A stretch of 63,118 nt of DNA, filler included, from Octopus bimaculoides (lineage: Eukaryota), in assembly GCF_001194135.2 (NCBI RefSeq). It is 4 parts of 4 records of this genome, joined end to end, with 100 filler letters (N's around TTAATTAATTAA, not from the genome) between each part and the next. Parts side by side here need not be neighbours in the genome. Positions count along the whole stretch, not along the records: positions 59,789 to 63,118 come from NC_068985.1; 3 more parts are not named here. The stretch is one strand, 5' to 3'. Positions 62,734-63,118 of the stretch are shown here, in pieces (position 1 is the stretch's first letter; the number at the start of each line of letters is the position of its first letter). Both the position numbers and the translations under genes were made by a program. The notes under the pieces are model-generated. The model saw only the letters and a list, made by a program, of their open reading frames with translations. It was not told the origin of the DNA and did no database searches.

Positions 62734-63118
62734 AATGTGTATGTAGATAGAAGGTTCAACAGTGAGTCAGAGACAGCGTCAGTCTGAAGAGGGTGAAAGA
62801 ATGCATAGGTGTCGTTCTGTGGATCTATGGTTGTGGTTGTGTGTTTGCATGTATTGGCACTTATGCGTCGTCAGAGTGGGAATGTGTATGTGTGTCTGTG
62901 TCTGTGTGTGTGTGCACATGTGCATGGATGCGTATGTGTCTGTGAGTGTGTGTCTCTCTTTGTCACTCTCTCTGTCTATACATACATATATATATCTATA
63001 TATATAAAAATGAGAATGTGTGTCTGTCTGTTTAAAGGGGCAGCTACATATATATACACACATACGCATGTATAATTGGATACACTGAAGACAAGCGCGC
63101 ACACACACACAGACACAC

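Overview
AT-rich, gap-riddled eukaryotic genomic DNA. The SINE repertoire and microsatellite density suggest a cephalopod/octopus origin (inference, no search run). The only host gene I can support is a MEST-like alpha/beta-hydrolase on the + strand. Five coding exons (37359-41734, 490 nt) have canonical AG/GT borders and the same intron phases as vertebrate MEST. The remaining exons were not found in the called sequence. Everything else is mobile DNA or simple repeat: several tRNA-derived SINE families (my working labels A-G), a decayed CR1-group LINE, RTE, Tx1/L1-type, R4/Dong-type and Penelope-like fragments, one full-length dead mariner, mariner and hAT-Charlie MITEs, and a ~390-bp foldback element. 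Most ORFs in the supplied track are microsatellite or N-gap artefacts. I found no convincing new multi-gene system. The best leads are a stop-free R4/Dong-Tx1 chimeric frame, repeat structures at and inside the MEST introns, a pre-miRNA-sized hairpin, a SINE-derived tandem array and a candidate MEST promoter. Repeat boundaries without a TSD or TIR are approximate (about +/-10-20 bp).
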